The position numbers were made by a program, and so were the translations under genes. 64,000 nucleotides of DNA from an uncultured virus (IMG/VR IMGVR_UViG_3300029951_000448) (taxonomy: Duplodnaviria > Heunggongvirae > Uroviricota > Caudoviricetes): the IMG/VR virus record IMGVR_UViG_3300029951_000448; one strand, written 5' to 3'. Under the pieces are notes generated by a model. It was given only the letters and a program-made list of their open reading frames with translations, was not told the origin of the DNA and made no database searches. How positions within the stretch are numbered: position 1 is the stretch's first letter; each line of letters opens with the position of its first letter. Below, piece after piece: positions 9,200 to 18,125 of the stretch.

Positions 9200-9624
9200 A
9201 ACTCCAGAGTGTCAATTCCCATGCCTACCGACGAACACAGTTCAGACGTGATTGCGACCGCCTGTCGCGCGCCGTGGCCGAGATACATCGCTGTGTTTGC
9301 GTAGTCCTGACCGCTGCCTATAGCCATGAACGGCTGCTCGACAACAATCGGTTGATCGTTGTTCGCGTACAGGACTGCCTTTCCATCCAACCGGATATGC
9401 AGCAAGCGGGCATACATGTCGCCTTGCGGGGCTGGTAGTTGGCCGGCAACACAGCCGCCTTCGACCCATTCCGCCAACTGCATTGCGCGCGGAGTGTCGC
9501 CAGCCGATCCAATCAGCGCGCCATCAAGCAGGCGACGAATCTTTGTAATCGGGAACTTGCCGCCGTTCATCTCCATCATGCGATCGGCAGCTAGTGTTTT
9601 CCCGTCCCACGCGATGACTGTCAT
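9196..9624 (-). CDS. HslV/proteasome-beta-like Ntn peptidase
   Basis: N-terminus MTVIAWDGKTLAADR (Thr nucleophile after Met removal), then TKIRR, GSAGD and AIGSG motifs. Confidence 0.8.
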   Translation of the reverse strand: MTVIAWDGKTLAADRMMEMNGGKFPITKIRRLLDGALIGSAGDTPRAMQLAEWVEGGCVAGQLPAPQGDMYARLLHIRLDGKAVLYANNDQPIVVEQPFMAIGSGQDYANTAMYLGHGARQAVAITSELCSSVGMGIDTLEL

Positions 9625-10020
9625 TCAAACCACCAGCGCGTTAGAGCATCCGCCGAAGTTCGGGCCAGGAGGGACGCCGAGGAAGTTGCACAGCCGTTTG
9701 CGCCACGAATCGAACAGGCGATCACGGTCAGCCTGCTCATTCTTGTTGTGTGTCCATACTGCGGCAACGTCCGTATCCAGATTCGCGCTCGTGCCCGGGA
9801 TCGCGCTTTCCAGCGTGTACAGGTTCGTGAGGTACGTGTTGACGACGACTGCGCCCTCGTTCGCACTCATGTGCTGAAGGCGGTATTCGAGCGCCAAGTA
9901 CGTCCGCATGATCCACGGGTACGGAAACACCACATTTCCATCGCCGAGCAATGGGTATCCGCAAAAACGGCGCACATCGGTCAACTGGGCATCGGTGAGG
10001 GTAAATGGTGTGAAAGCCAT
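9625..10020 (-). CDS. Head-tail adaptor protein
   Basis: Helical 131 aa protein with early DVRRFCG, two genes after the capsid. Confidence 0.65.
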   Translation of the reverse strand: MAFTPFTLTDAQLTDVRRFCGYPLLGDGNVVFPYPWIMRTYLALEYRLQHMSANEGAVVVNTYLTNLYTLESAIPGTSANLDTDVAAVWTHNKNEQADRDRLFDSWRKRLCNFLGVPPGPNFGGCSNALVV

Positions 10021-10023
10021 CGC

Positions 10024-10218
10024 TTACTCGAAAATTGCGCCGGACTGAATGAGCCGAAGAATCAGATCTGCATCCGTGGCCGGGTCAAACTCCGTGCCTG
10101 CGGTGAAGTGGCGATGTGACTTACCGAGAATCGTCAGTCCGTGATTCTTCTTGAGTACGAATCGCGGCGCCGCGGGTTCGATGGTTTCCGGCACTTCCTG
10201 CTTGGCTGGTCTGGGCAT
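10024..10218 (-). CDS. Small virion-associated hypothetical protein
   Basis: AAGGAG RBS; immediately after the capsid gene. Confidence 0.6.
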   Translation of the reverse strand: MPRPAKQEVPETIEPAAPRFVLKKNHGLTILGKSHRHFTAGTEFDPATDADLILRLIQSGAIFE

Positions 10219-10295
10219 GTGAATCTCCTTTATGAAGCCCCCGAGGGGACAGGGGCTTGAAAAGGAGCCGGAATTGCTCCGGTCCCCTTGCCTGA

Positions 10296-11654
10296 TTACA
10301 ACGATTCGAGCATCACGCAGCGTTTTTGCGCAGCGCTTGATGCGGTGGGGATCGTTGCGGCGGTCGTCGTCGTGTCGGTCGGCACAACGAAGCCGCCGAT
10401 GTACGACCAGGTTTGCGTCACAACCTGCTTGAGCGCATCCAGCGGCTCACGCGTCACGTGCGCGATGCCGTCAACCACGGCAATCATGTCGCCGTCGTCG
10501 GATTCCATCGCCGCGTTGTATGCGTCTGCCGTGAACTCGCCCTCGACCAGTGCACCCTGGCCGCACAGCAGGCCGCGACGCACCACGCCGACGCCCGAGA
10601 GCGTCTGCACCGGGTTCATGTTGGTTTCCTGGATGCGAACACCCAGGAGTTGCGCGACGATACCTTGACGGTATTCTTCGGTCGTCACCTGACCGCGGAA
10701 GAATTGCTGGAACGCTGGGTCGCTGTACAGACCGGTTGCCTGCAACGGATCGCAGTACAGGTTGTACATGCCGCTGTCGTTAGCAACCGGGACCCCGTTG
10801 GCCGACATCGTAGCCTTGGCGTTCAGGATCATCGACATCGTCAGCTTGCCGTTGTTGATGTCATTGGCCGACGAGATCGCTGCGGTCGTCTGGGCCATCA
10901 CGTTGGCCGCCGAAGTGCTCGGACGAACCACATAAGGTGCTACGGCCGAAATGACCGGTTGGGCGGCGGTGCCGTCCGAGACCGTCACGTTGGTCGAGAA
11001 CGTCAGCGTACCCGACACACCGCCAGGCGCGGTCGAAACGTTCGTGCCATCCGCCGCGAAGCCAGTGAGCGAATAGGTATCGGCGCCCACCACAACGTTG
11101 ACCGGGTTCGAACCCGATACGGCGACCGGTTGACCTTGTGCGTTCAGCGTGGTCTGGAAGCCGCGGATATCGTCGACCGAGATGGTCGGGCCGGTAGAAC
11201 CCAGCGTAACGCGCACGCGGGTGTTGCCGCCCATGTACGCATTGAACAGGGTTTGCTGCGCCAGTGCGTCGACCGAACGGAACGCCTGTTCGCCCAGCGC
11301 GTAGGCATTGCGCAGGAAGAAGTCGGCGATAGCGACGCGCTGCGTCACCACGTTCAGTTGCATGTTGCCCGCGTACTGGCCGATGCCTAGGATGTACTGT
11401 TCGAGCGAGTAGTTTTGCGGCGTGAGTCCGGACGTGAAGTCCGAGTTGGCAGCCGGCGCCATCGGGGTCGTGATGACCGGCAGCAGACCGGTACGGGTCT
11501 TGGTGATCGTTTCACCGATGTTGGCGGTGAACGGCTCGCGGTCGGCAATGGAGCGGAAGCCCAGTTTTGCCTTCAGCGGCAGGCCAAAGCGGTGTTCAAG
11601 GAAGCCGAGCTGAATCGCGCTTTGCAGTGCGGTCGGCAGGTTATTCAATGCCAT
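10296..11654 (-). CDS. Major capsid protein
   Basis: ~452 aa from MALNNLP; downstream of the scaffold; strongly biased codon usage; GETITKTR-type N-terminal motif. Confidence 0.85.
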   Translation of the reverse strand: MALNNLPTALQSAIQLGFLEHRFGLPLKAKLGFRSIADREPFTANIGETITKTRTGLLPVITTPMAPAANSDFTSGLTPQNYSLEQYILGIGQYAGNMQLNVVTQRVAIADFFLRNAYALGEQAFRSVDALAQQTLFNAYMGGNTRVRVTLGSTGPTISVDDIRGFQTTLNAQGQPVAVSGSNPVNVVVGADTYSLTGFAADGTNVSTAPGGVSGTLTFSTNVTVSDGTAAQPVISAVAPYVVRPSTSAANVMAQTTAAISSANDINNGKLTMSMILNAKATMSANGVPVANDSGMYNLYCDPLQATGLYSDPAFQQFFRGQVTTEEYRQGIVAQLLGVRIQETNMNPVQTLSGVGVVRRGLLCGQGALVEGEFTADAYNAAMESDDGDMIAVVDGIAHVTREPLDALKQVVTQTWSYIGGFVVPTDTTTTAATIPTASSAAQKRCVMLESL

Positions 11655-11775
11655 GGTGAGTCCTGTATGGTTTGGGTAAGGGTCTTTCCCCTCGCCACCA
11701 GGGCTGTCGGGCAATAAAGCAAAGAACCCGCGCGCGGCGGGCTCAGATCAAAGCGGGTGAGGCCAGATACCGGAT

Positions 11776-12435
11776 CTAGCGTTCCCTGTTGGAGATACCG
11801 AGTTCTTTCGCCTTGGCTGCGCGCTCTTCAGGCGTAGCCTTGCGGGCATCGAACGTTTCCACTTTCGCTTTAGGCGGAGGCGGATTCGGGTTGCTGCTGT
11901 GCGCAGGCGCTTCCTTGAAGAGGTACGGCTTGGCCGTCTTGAAAGCGGCAAGCAGTTCCGTGACGCCGGCCACTTCGCCGTTCTCGTCTACCTTCAGGCT
12001 TGAAATGTCGATCAACTTGATCGCATCAGCATCCTGGAGACCGATCGACAGGGCGGCGCCCTTAACTTCGGAGTTGATGATGCGGCGGTGTGAGGCCTCA
12101 CGCTCGGCGTCGATGATCGCTTTCGTCTTGGTTTCTTGCGCTTCAACGGCTTTGCGCACCGCTTCATCGATTTTTGCCTGCGCCGCAGCTTCATCAATCG
12201 ACTTCGTTTTCTCGCGGAGACTTGCGTTTTCACGACGCAGTTCACGTGCGTGTTCACGCCACTGGTCAGGCACTTCCTCGATGGGAAGGTCGAGCAGCGG
12301 ATTGCCGGTCTTGGCCGGTGGCGTGACAGGTGCAGCAGGCGGTGTAACTGGCGTAGCAGGACCACCACCAGGAGTTCCGGGTTCGCCTTCCATCAAACGG
12401 GCCTGCATCATCATTTGGCGCAACAGGTTCGGCAT
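11776..12435 (-). CDS. Capsid scaffolding protein
   Basis: Pro-rich N-terminus, coiled coil ELRRENASLR, and KTAKPYLF motif typical of scaffolds; lies between portal and capsid. Confidence 0.85.
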   Translation of the reverse strand: MPNLLRQMMMQARLMEGEPGTPGGGPATPVTPPAAPVTPPAKTGNPLLDLPIEEVPDQWREHARELRRENASLREKTKSIDEAAAQAKIDEAVRKAVEAQETKTKAIIDAEREASHRRIINSEVKGAALSIGLQDADAIKLIDISSLKVDENGEVAGVTELLAAFKTAKPYLFKEAPAHSSNPNPPPPKAKVETFDARKATPEERAAKAKELGISNRER

Positions 12436-12498
12436 CGAGCCTCTCCAATGAAAAAGGTCGCATCGAGCGGCCTGGTTGATTTCCGGCATCAAGCCGGG

Positions 12499-13974
12499 TT
12501 ATTCGTTGATCTGCACTTTCTTCTGCGCTTCTTCGTTGCGCTGCTTCATATCCGCATCTGCGAGCAGTTTTTCGGCAGCGGCGTCTTCGATGTCGTATTC
12601 CGCTGCCAGGATCTTGATCGCGGTTTCACGACTCAGCAGACCTGAATCGCACAATTTTGAGAGCGTGGTGGCGCGCGTCAGCATGTCTTGCATCGTCGGC
12701 GCGTACCATGCCGGCCAGCGCAGGCTGATTCCTGACTTGATGTCGAACGTGCCGACCTTGTCGCCATCCTTGAAGACGAGCTCAAACTTGTCAGCCGCCT
12801 TCGCAATCATGCGCAGCAGTTCCAGGAGCCCGCCTTCTCCGTAACTGATGCGGAGCCGATCGGCAAGCCATACCAGCGCCTGGTTCATCAGCTCCATGGC
12901 ACGGCCGGACTGGGCCGAGGACATTTTTTCCGGGCTGGTGCGATTGCCGTGCAGCGTTTCGAGCTGGATTTCGCGTAGGTACTTGATGTACTCGATCACC
13001 GCAGCGCTACCAGTGCCGTTGATCTCCAGCAACTTGGCGTCGCCGTTCTCGCTGACCTTGATCGCGTTGGCAGCGCCCTTGGTTGTCGGCCCCTGTTCGC
13101 CGAACGCCGGTTCCTTGATGAGCAGCGTTGGATCGGACGTGTACTTCAGCCCGCGACCATCCTGCGACAGCTGATAGTCGATTTCAATCTGCGTATCGAT
13201 CGCTTCGTCGCAGAACGTCGGCTTGCCATCCGCCGTATCCCCGCCAGGGAGATTCCGGATCCACACAACAGGCACGAAGCCGAGCGCGTGATTGACGGTC
13301 TTCTCGTCATCGACCACTGGCTTGAACTCAACACCCGCCAGTTTCTTTTCAGCCTGCTCCGACACCTTCCATGGGATGAACCATGTTTCGTCGGTATCGT
13401 CCCACTCGCGCTGGAACCAGAACTGCGCGCCCAGGTCATCGGGCTTGATCGCGTAGCCTGAATCAGCGAGCGTCGATCCCTTGACCTTGTACAGTTCCCG
13501 GACCTTCAGCAGCGTGTCAGGTGCCTTCGGATTCCAGGCCGGCGTCAGGTAGTCCGTATCCATCACGTCGAAAAAGACGCGATTACTGAGCACGCGAAAC
13601 AGGACTGCAACCGAGCCGACACTGCCTTTCGTGGCTGCGTCGATCATGACCGCGTTCACCCCGCATTCCTTGATGAGTTTCCCCATCGTCTGCTTCTGGT
13701 CGGGATCTTTCAGGTCGACCGCGGGAAAGTGACCCTCGGAGAACAGCAGTGAGACCGAATCATTCACCACCGTGCGGCACAGGTTCATGCGCACACTGGG
13801 GCGACGTTTGCGCAACGGAATGTAAGTGCCGTCGCCTGACTCTTCCTCATCGAATGCGTGCCTGAGCTCGTCATAGAGCGTTCCGCATAGCACACGTTGG
13901 AGCGTCTGCAGGCGGAATGTCCGCTCAGGGAAATCCTTGTCTTTCGGGAAATCCTTCTGCAGGGTCTTAAACAT
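12499..13974 (-). CDS. Portal protein (SPP1 gp6-like)
   Basis: 491 aa; SGRAMEL and GLLSRETAI motifs; downstream of the terminase. Confidence 0.85.
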   Translation of the reverse strand: MFKTLQKDFPKDKDFPERTFRLQTLQRVLCGTLYDELRHAFDEEESGDGTYIPLRKRRPSVRMNLCRTVVNDSVSLLFSEGHFPAVDLKDPDQKQTMGKLIKECGVNAVMIDAATKGSVGSVAVLFRVLSNRVFFDVMDTDYLTPAWNPKAPDTLLKVRELYKVKGSTLADSGYAIKPDDLGAQFWFQREWDDTDETWFIPWKVSEQAEKKLAGVEFKPVVDDEKTVNHALGFVPVVWIRNLPGGDTADGKPTFCDEAIDTQIEIDYQLSQDGRGLKYTSDPTLLIKEPAFGEQGPTTKGAANAIKVSENGDAKLLEINGTGSAAVIEYIKYLREIQLETLHGNRTSPEKMSSAQSGRAMELMNQALVWLADRLRISYGEGGLLELLRMIAKAADKFELVFKDGDKVGTFDIKSGISLRWPAWYAPTMQDMLTRATTLSKLCDSGLLSRETAIKILAAEYDIEDAAAEKLLADADMKQRNEEAQKKVQINE

Positions 13975-13983
13975 TTTGGTCCG

Positions 13984-14163
13984 TTACTTGGCGTGCTTGA
14001 AACCGCGTGCGTTCTTTGCGAAGGTTGCCATCTCCCGGACATGCGCATTGCTCGAGCTTTTGGCTGCGTCGAGCTTGGCTTCGGGGATCGGCTTGTCCTG
14101 CGGAATGCCCAGCGCCTTGTGAAGGTCGCCCTTGTGCGCCGGGTTAAGGTGGATTTTGCTCAT
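13984..14163 (-). CDS. Small basic phage protein (KGDLHKALGIP...)
   Basis: GGAG RBS; 59 aa, Lys/Ala-rich. Confidence 0.6.
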   Translation of the reverse strand: MSKIHLNPAHKGDLHKALGIPQDKPIPEAKLDAAKSSSNAHVREMATFAKNARGFKHAK

Positions 14164-14302
14164 TCGGCCGCTCCATTCCATCGTTGCTTTGCTAGCATGC
14201 ACAATTCGAAGGCTTCGCGCAGAGTGCGGCCCAAGCCATGATGAATGCTCACTTGACAATGCCAAAGGTCATCGCGCCACCAGCGATTGATGTGTGGTTT
14301 TT

Positions 14303-14533
14303 TCATGCTGCGACCTCGCCAATTGGTTGATGCCACCATTCAAACCACGCGCGCGCCTTGTCAAACTCGCTTTCGTGGAATTGAACTGCGCCTATCGCCG
14401 GGATCTCGTCAATAAGTGACTGGACCTTGTAATAGAACGCTGCCTGAGGCCCACCGCGAAACCCGTTGTTGATGATGCCGAGAGGATTGCCGCGCACCCA
14501 ACCCTCAGGTACCCAGCCAATGTCGAAACTCAT
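14303..14533 (-). CDS. Hypothetical protein
   Basis: ORF directly after terL with AGGTG RBS. Confidence 0.55.
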   Translation of the reverse strand: MSFDIGWVPEGWVRGNPLGIINNGFRGGPQAAFYYKVQSLIDEIPAIGAVQFHESEFDKARAWFEWWHQPIGEVAA

Positions 14534-14537
14534 TGCA

Positions 14538-15869
14538 TCACCTGTTCATGTGAGGGACGTGGGCCGCCTGTGACGCGATGCCCTTGATGCTCGGCCATTC
14601 GACGTCGACGCAATACCCAATCGCCGTCGTAATGTGCTGATACTTGTTCTTCTGGTCTTCCTGAAACGTCGATCCTTCCTGCAACTGGACCGTCGCAAGA
14701 CCCTTGTCGCACCACTTGGCCGTCGTCGGATTGACGAACAGGCTTCGAACGCCGTCAGCGGTGCAAATCTTCGTGCGGACGGCGTTCTGCCGATCCTTGA
14801 TTGCAGGAGCGGCAGGCTTGACCTTGCGCACGAACTTCCAGTTATGGGCCTTCAGCACGCCTTCAATGTCCGTGTAATCCGACGCGTGACCGTGTTTCTC
14901 GCCAGCCCGGCCAGCCGGATCGCCGTAGATAATGACTTCGCGGTTCTGGTGATTGACGAACTTCTCGACGAACTCCATGGCCGATTGCTTCGATATCGCA
15001 CTGGTCAGCACGATCTCATCGAGCAGATAGAGCCCGTTGTCGCGGCGCACTCCGATTGCAGAAGACAGCGGCGTAAAGTTCTGGTCATGCATCCACAGCA
15101 ACTGTTCGTGCGGCTGGATTCGCTCTGAGGTGTGGTTGCTCTTGCTGTAATCCTCATAGATCCGGCCCGTCGCTGTCTCGAACGAGGCTTCAAATTCCTG
15201 TCTGTATTGCTTCGCCGACATCGCGCGCTTCATGGCGTCGATGACGTCTATCGGCAGGATCTCCGCTGACTTCCAGTGGAATACCTTGAAATTCGGGTCT
15301 TCGCCGGTCTCGGCCTGCATGCACAGGTCGTAATAATGGTTCAGACCATCCGGCACGCCCAGCAGCCAGCACCACGCCCGATAGTCGGGCATGGTCGGAT
15401 TGACCGTGTTCAGCGCCGGGAGAATGTTTGCCTCCCATGCATCGGGCTTAACGTCGGCGAACTCATCGATGCCGCCGCCAGTCCATGGAACGCCCTCAAT
15501 GCGCTGCGGTTTATCCAGACCGATGACATGGATCTCGCTGCCGTTGTCCAGATAGATGATCAGGTCAGACTCGGACGGCCTGCGACTGTGCATGCAGCAA
15601 AGCGCGAATGCCTTCAGGTCGTCCCAGAAGATCTTCTTCGCCTGCGCATGCGTTGGCGCGGCGGCGAAGTACATGCCAGGGTAGGCATAAGCCTGCTTCA
15701 CGACAAAGCGCTTGAACCGCTCGGTCTTTCCGCTACGGCGCCCAGCCGGAACCAGTGGAAACCGGATTCCCGTCGAAACAGCGTCAACCAGCGCGAGCTG
15801 TACCGGATGGTCCTTGAGCGGATACCAGCGCCCTAGCTGGCGGTCCAGCATCAGATTGCCGGTATTCAT
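14538..15869 (-). CDS. terL: Terminase large subunit
   Basis: Walker A-like AGRRSGKT, Walker B GGIDE, RQEFEASF, nuclease domain DQNF..YGDPAG. Confidence 0.95.
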   Translation of the reverse strand: MNTGNLMLDRQLGRWYPLKDHPVQLALVDAVSTGIRFPLVPAGRRSGKTERFKRFVVKQAYAYPGMYFAAAPTHAQAKKIFWDDLKAFALCCMHSRRPSESDLIIYLDNGSEIHVIGLDKPQRIEGVPWTGGGIDEFADVKPDAWEANILPALNTVNPTMPDYRAWCWLLGVPDGLNHYYDLCMQAETGEDPNFKVFHWKSAEILPIDVIDAMKRAMSAKQYRQEFEASFETATGRIYEDYSKSNHTSERIQPHEQLLWMHDQNFTPLSSAIGVRRDNGLYLLDEIVLTSAISKQSAMEFVEKFVNHQNREVIIYGDPAGRAGEKHGHASDYTDIEGVLKAHNWKFVRKVKPAAPAIKDRQNAVRTKICTADGVRSLFVNPTTAKWCDKGLATVQLQEGSTFQEDQKNKYQHITTAIGYCVDVEWPSIKGIASQAAHVPHMNR

Positions 15870-16666
15870 GAAGGGAGTTTCGCTATCAGGTCGGCCAATA
15901 GTTTGGCGTTTGAGTTTCCGCCGCCTTTCTCGGCGAGTGCCAGTTCGGCTTTGCGCTTCTCGATCTCTAGCGCCTTGATCTCTTCATCGAGGCTCTTGCG
16001 CAGGCGGTCATTCTCAAGACGCAGTTTTTCTGCGGCGAGCGCCTTAACATCGTCATCACGCTTGTCGTTGAACATGCCAAGGTGACGGGCGACGTTCTCG
16101 AGCGCCTTGCCGCGGTCCTCAAGCAGAACCTTGAGCCCATCCTTGCCCTGATGCACGCCAGCGTATAGAGCGCGGGCAGCGCCTTTCAGTCGGCGCGTGT
16201 CGTGAACATGAATCTTGCCGCGACCCTCGCCGCCGCATTCAGGGCATTCAGGATTGGGCTCGCGGATTGTCACGAATCCGTATCCGCCTTCGTCGGTCGG
16301 TGGGCGATCGCCCTTATCAGCCGCTTCTTTGTCGGCAGCCTCGAATTCTGCTTCCGTCCACTGATAGGCGAAATTCACGCCCCAGCAGTGTCGGCAGTTG
16401 TCTCGCCGGTATTCAACCAGGTCATTGACGTCGACGTTGGCGAGATCCCACCAGCGCTGGAGAACCTTGTCAGCGGTGATCTGCGTGCGTTTGGAGCGAC
16501 CCCGTTTCGCCGACTGAATCGCTTTCGCAATACCAACATTTACCAACAAGCGGGGACCGACCGTATTTGGATCGCCCTTGTACCCGGCTCGAATTGCCGC
16601 CTGCGTGGCATTCAAGTCAATCAGGTACTCGTCTACGAAGCGGCGCTGCTTGTCTGTCAACGCCAT
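15866..16666 (-). CDS. terS: Terminase small subunit with Zn-finger insertion
   Basis: LTDKQRRFVDEYLIDLNATQAAIRAGY signature; CRHC...CPECGGEG; ARHLGMF. Confidence 0.95.
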   Translation of the reverse strand: MALTDKQRRFVDEYLIDLNATQAAIRAGYKGDPNTVGPRLLVNVGIAKAIQSAKRGRSKRTQITADKVLQRWWDLANVDVNDLVEYRRDNCRHCWGVNFAYQWTEAEFEAADKEAADKGDRPPTDEGGYGFVTIREPNPECPECGGEGRGKIHVHDTRRLKGAARALYAGVHQGKDGLKVLLEDRGKALENVARHLGMFNDKRDDDVKALAAEKLRLENDRLRKSLDEEIKALEIEKRKAELALAEKGGGNSNAKLLADLIAKLPS

Positions 16667-16689
16667 CTGCAACATCCATTAGATAGTGC

Positions 16690-16718
16690 TTGCTATTTGC
16701 CACCTCATAACACATACT
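16690..16718 (+). promoter_or_regulatory. Putative sigma70 promoter of the antisense three-gene cassette
   Basis: TTGCTA-17 bp-CATACT. Confidence 0.5.
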
Positions 16719-16755
16719 CTAATCACACCAGCAGCGAACTCAACCGGAGCCGAAA

Positions 16756-17073
16756 ATGATCAAGAACAGCAAGCAAGCATGGGAAGTAGGTCAAGCCGTT
16801 AATGTCGGCTTCATCAAGGGTTTGACCGTCATTGCGAAGGTCGCAACGCCCGGTGATTCAGCCCCTGACTCGTATGTTATGGCGCGCGGCACACAGATGT
16901 ATTCGTTTGTTCCGCACAATGGCATCAGCAAGATCAGCGATCAGGAAGCGCGCAATCTGGTTGCCAAGGCTGCATGGCAGCGTATGAATGCTGAATCGGC
17001 TGCGATGCTGGCCGCTCAGGATGCAACGCGCGCCGCAGCTTTCCGTGCCGAACTGATGGCGATCTCGGCATGA
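16756..17073 (+). CDS. Hypothetical protein
   Basis: GGAG RBS; first gene of the plus-strand cassette. Confidence 0.7.
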   Translation: MIKNSKQAWEVGQAVNVGFIKGLTVIAKVATPGDSAPDSYVMARGTQMYSFVPHNGISKISDQEARNLVAKAAWQRMNAESAAMLAAQDATRAAAFRAELMAISA

Positions 17074-17243
17074 GCAAGACCCAGCAGGCCCTGCAATGGC
17101 TTCAGGAGAACCCCGGCGCCACTCCCTACGCGGCAGCCAAGCAATTTGACCTGTCGCCTTCGACTGTTACGCGTGCGCTTCACGTTTCTGAGCGCACCGA
17201 GCACAAACGCTGCCCGACTTGTGGTCAACTCATAAGGAAATGA
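17070..17243 (+). CDS. Small HTH protein with CxxC (57 aa)
   Basis: Hand translation MSKTQQALQWLQENPGATPYAAAKQFDLSPSTVTRALHVSERTEHKRCPTCGQLIRK; ATGA coupling; below the ORF-track length cutoff. Confidence 0.7.
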   Translation: MSKTQQALQWLQENPGATPYAAAKQFDLSPSTVTRALHVSERTEHKRCPTCGQLIRK

Positions 17244-17244
17244 C

Positions 17245-17742
17245 ATGCCACGAGGCAAACCGCGCCAGTATTGGCATCGCTTTGGGATGGTCTATATGGT
17301 CACCTGCAAGCCAACGGGCAAGGTGTACATCGGACAGACTGGATTGACCTACCCGACAACTCGCTGGCGCATGCATATCCAGCAAGCGAAAAATGGGCAT
17401 CAAACCAAACTTCACGCGGACCTTCGTGAGTACGGAGAGAGCGCCTTTGAATTTATACCTATCGCCTCGGCCTGGAGCGGCGCGTCTCTCGACGAACTTG
17501 AAAAAGTTCTGATCTCTCAGTATCAGGCAATCGCCGAAGGGTACAACGCGCGCCACGGCAAGACTGCGCGACCAAAACCTCCAGAACCGGAACCGCCATG
17601 GACGCCAGAGCGCGAGGCACGTCAGAGGGAGTTAGAGGCGCAAGAGGACATGATGTACGAACTGGACGCGGGCCAGTTCTACCCCGAGCAGTTCGCGCTG
17701 GAGTGCTTGGCAAATGCTGCGGAAGCGATGCGACAGCCTTAA
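17245..17742 (+). CDS. GIY-YIG endonuclease family protein
   Basis: GMVYMVTCKPTGKVYIGQT...RWRMH...LEKVLI...GYN. Confidence 0.85.
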   Translation: MPRGKPRQYWHRFGMVYMVTCKPTGKVYIGQTGLTYPTTRWRMHIQQAKNGHQTKLHADLREYGESAFEFIPIASAWSGASLDELEKVLISQYQAIAEGYNARHGKTARPKPPEPEPPWTPEREARQRELEAQEDMMYELDAGQFYPEQFALECLANAAEAMRQP

Positions 17743-18062
17743 GCCCCAATCGCCGCCCAGGTAGTCCCAGCCGCACTCCCCAACGCCGACAGCGCATTGC
17801 TGGGCCCAAACGGCAACGTGATTGATGCACCCGCAGCCAGCTTGAAGTCCGTCGCTACTGCACTCGCATTGAACGAGAGGTTCAGCGTATTGGCGCTCGT
17901 GTTCTGGACGGTGACCGAGTTCTGATACGTCCCGGCAGGAATGATCACAGCGCTGGTCGTGCCTACCGTGCCACTCATGCTTACGCCGGCGCGAGGGATC
18001 GCATACATTGGGGTAGAGCCGCCAATGTCGCCATAGCGCAGGGGTTGTACGATTCCGGTCAT
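17739..18062 (-). CDS. Small beta-rich protein, possibly virion decoration
   Basis: Ser/Thr/Ala-rich; VQNTSANTLNLSF..LAAGASITL pattern; late operon. Confidence 0.55.
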   Translation of the reverse strand: MTGIVQPLRYGDIGGSTPMYAIPRAGVSMSGTVGTTSAVIIPAGTYQNSVTVQNTSANTLNLSFNASAVATDFKLAAGASITLPFGPSNALSALGSAAGTTWAAIGA

Positions 18063-18125
18063 TTCAGTCTCAGGTTATTTCCCACTCACCCACCACCCCT
18101 CCAATATGATTCTTTGCGGAGGGTG

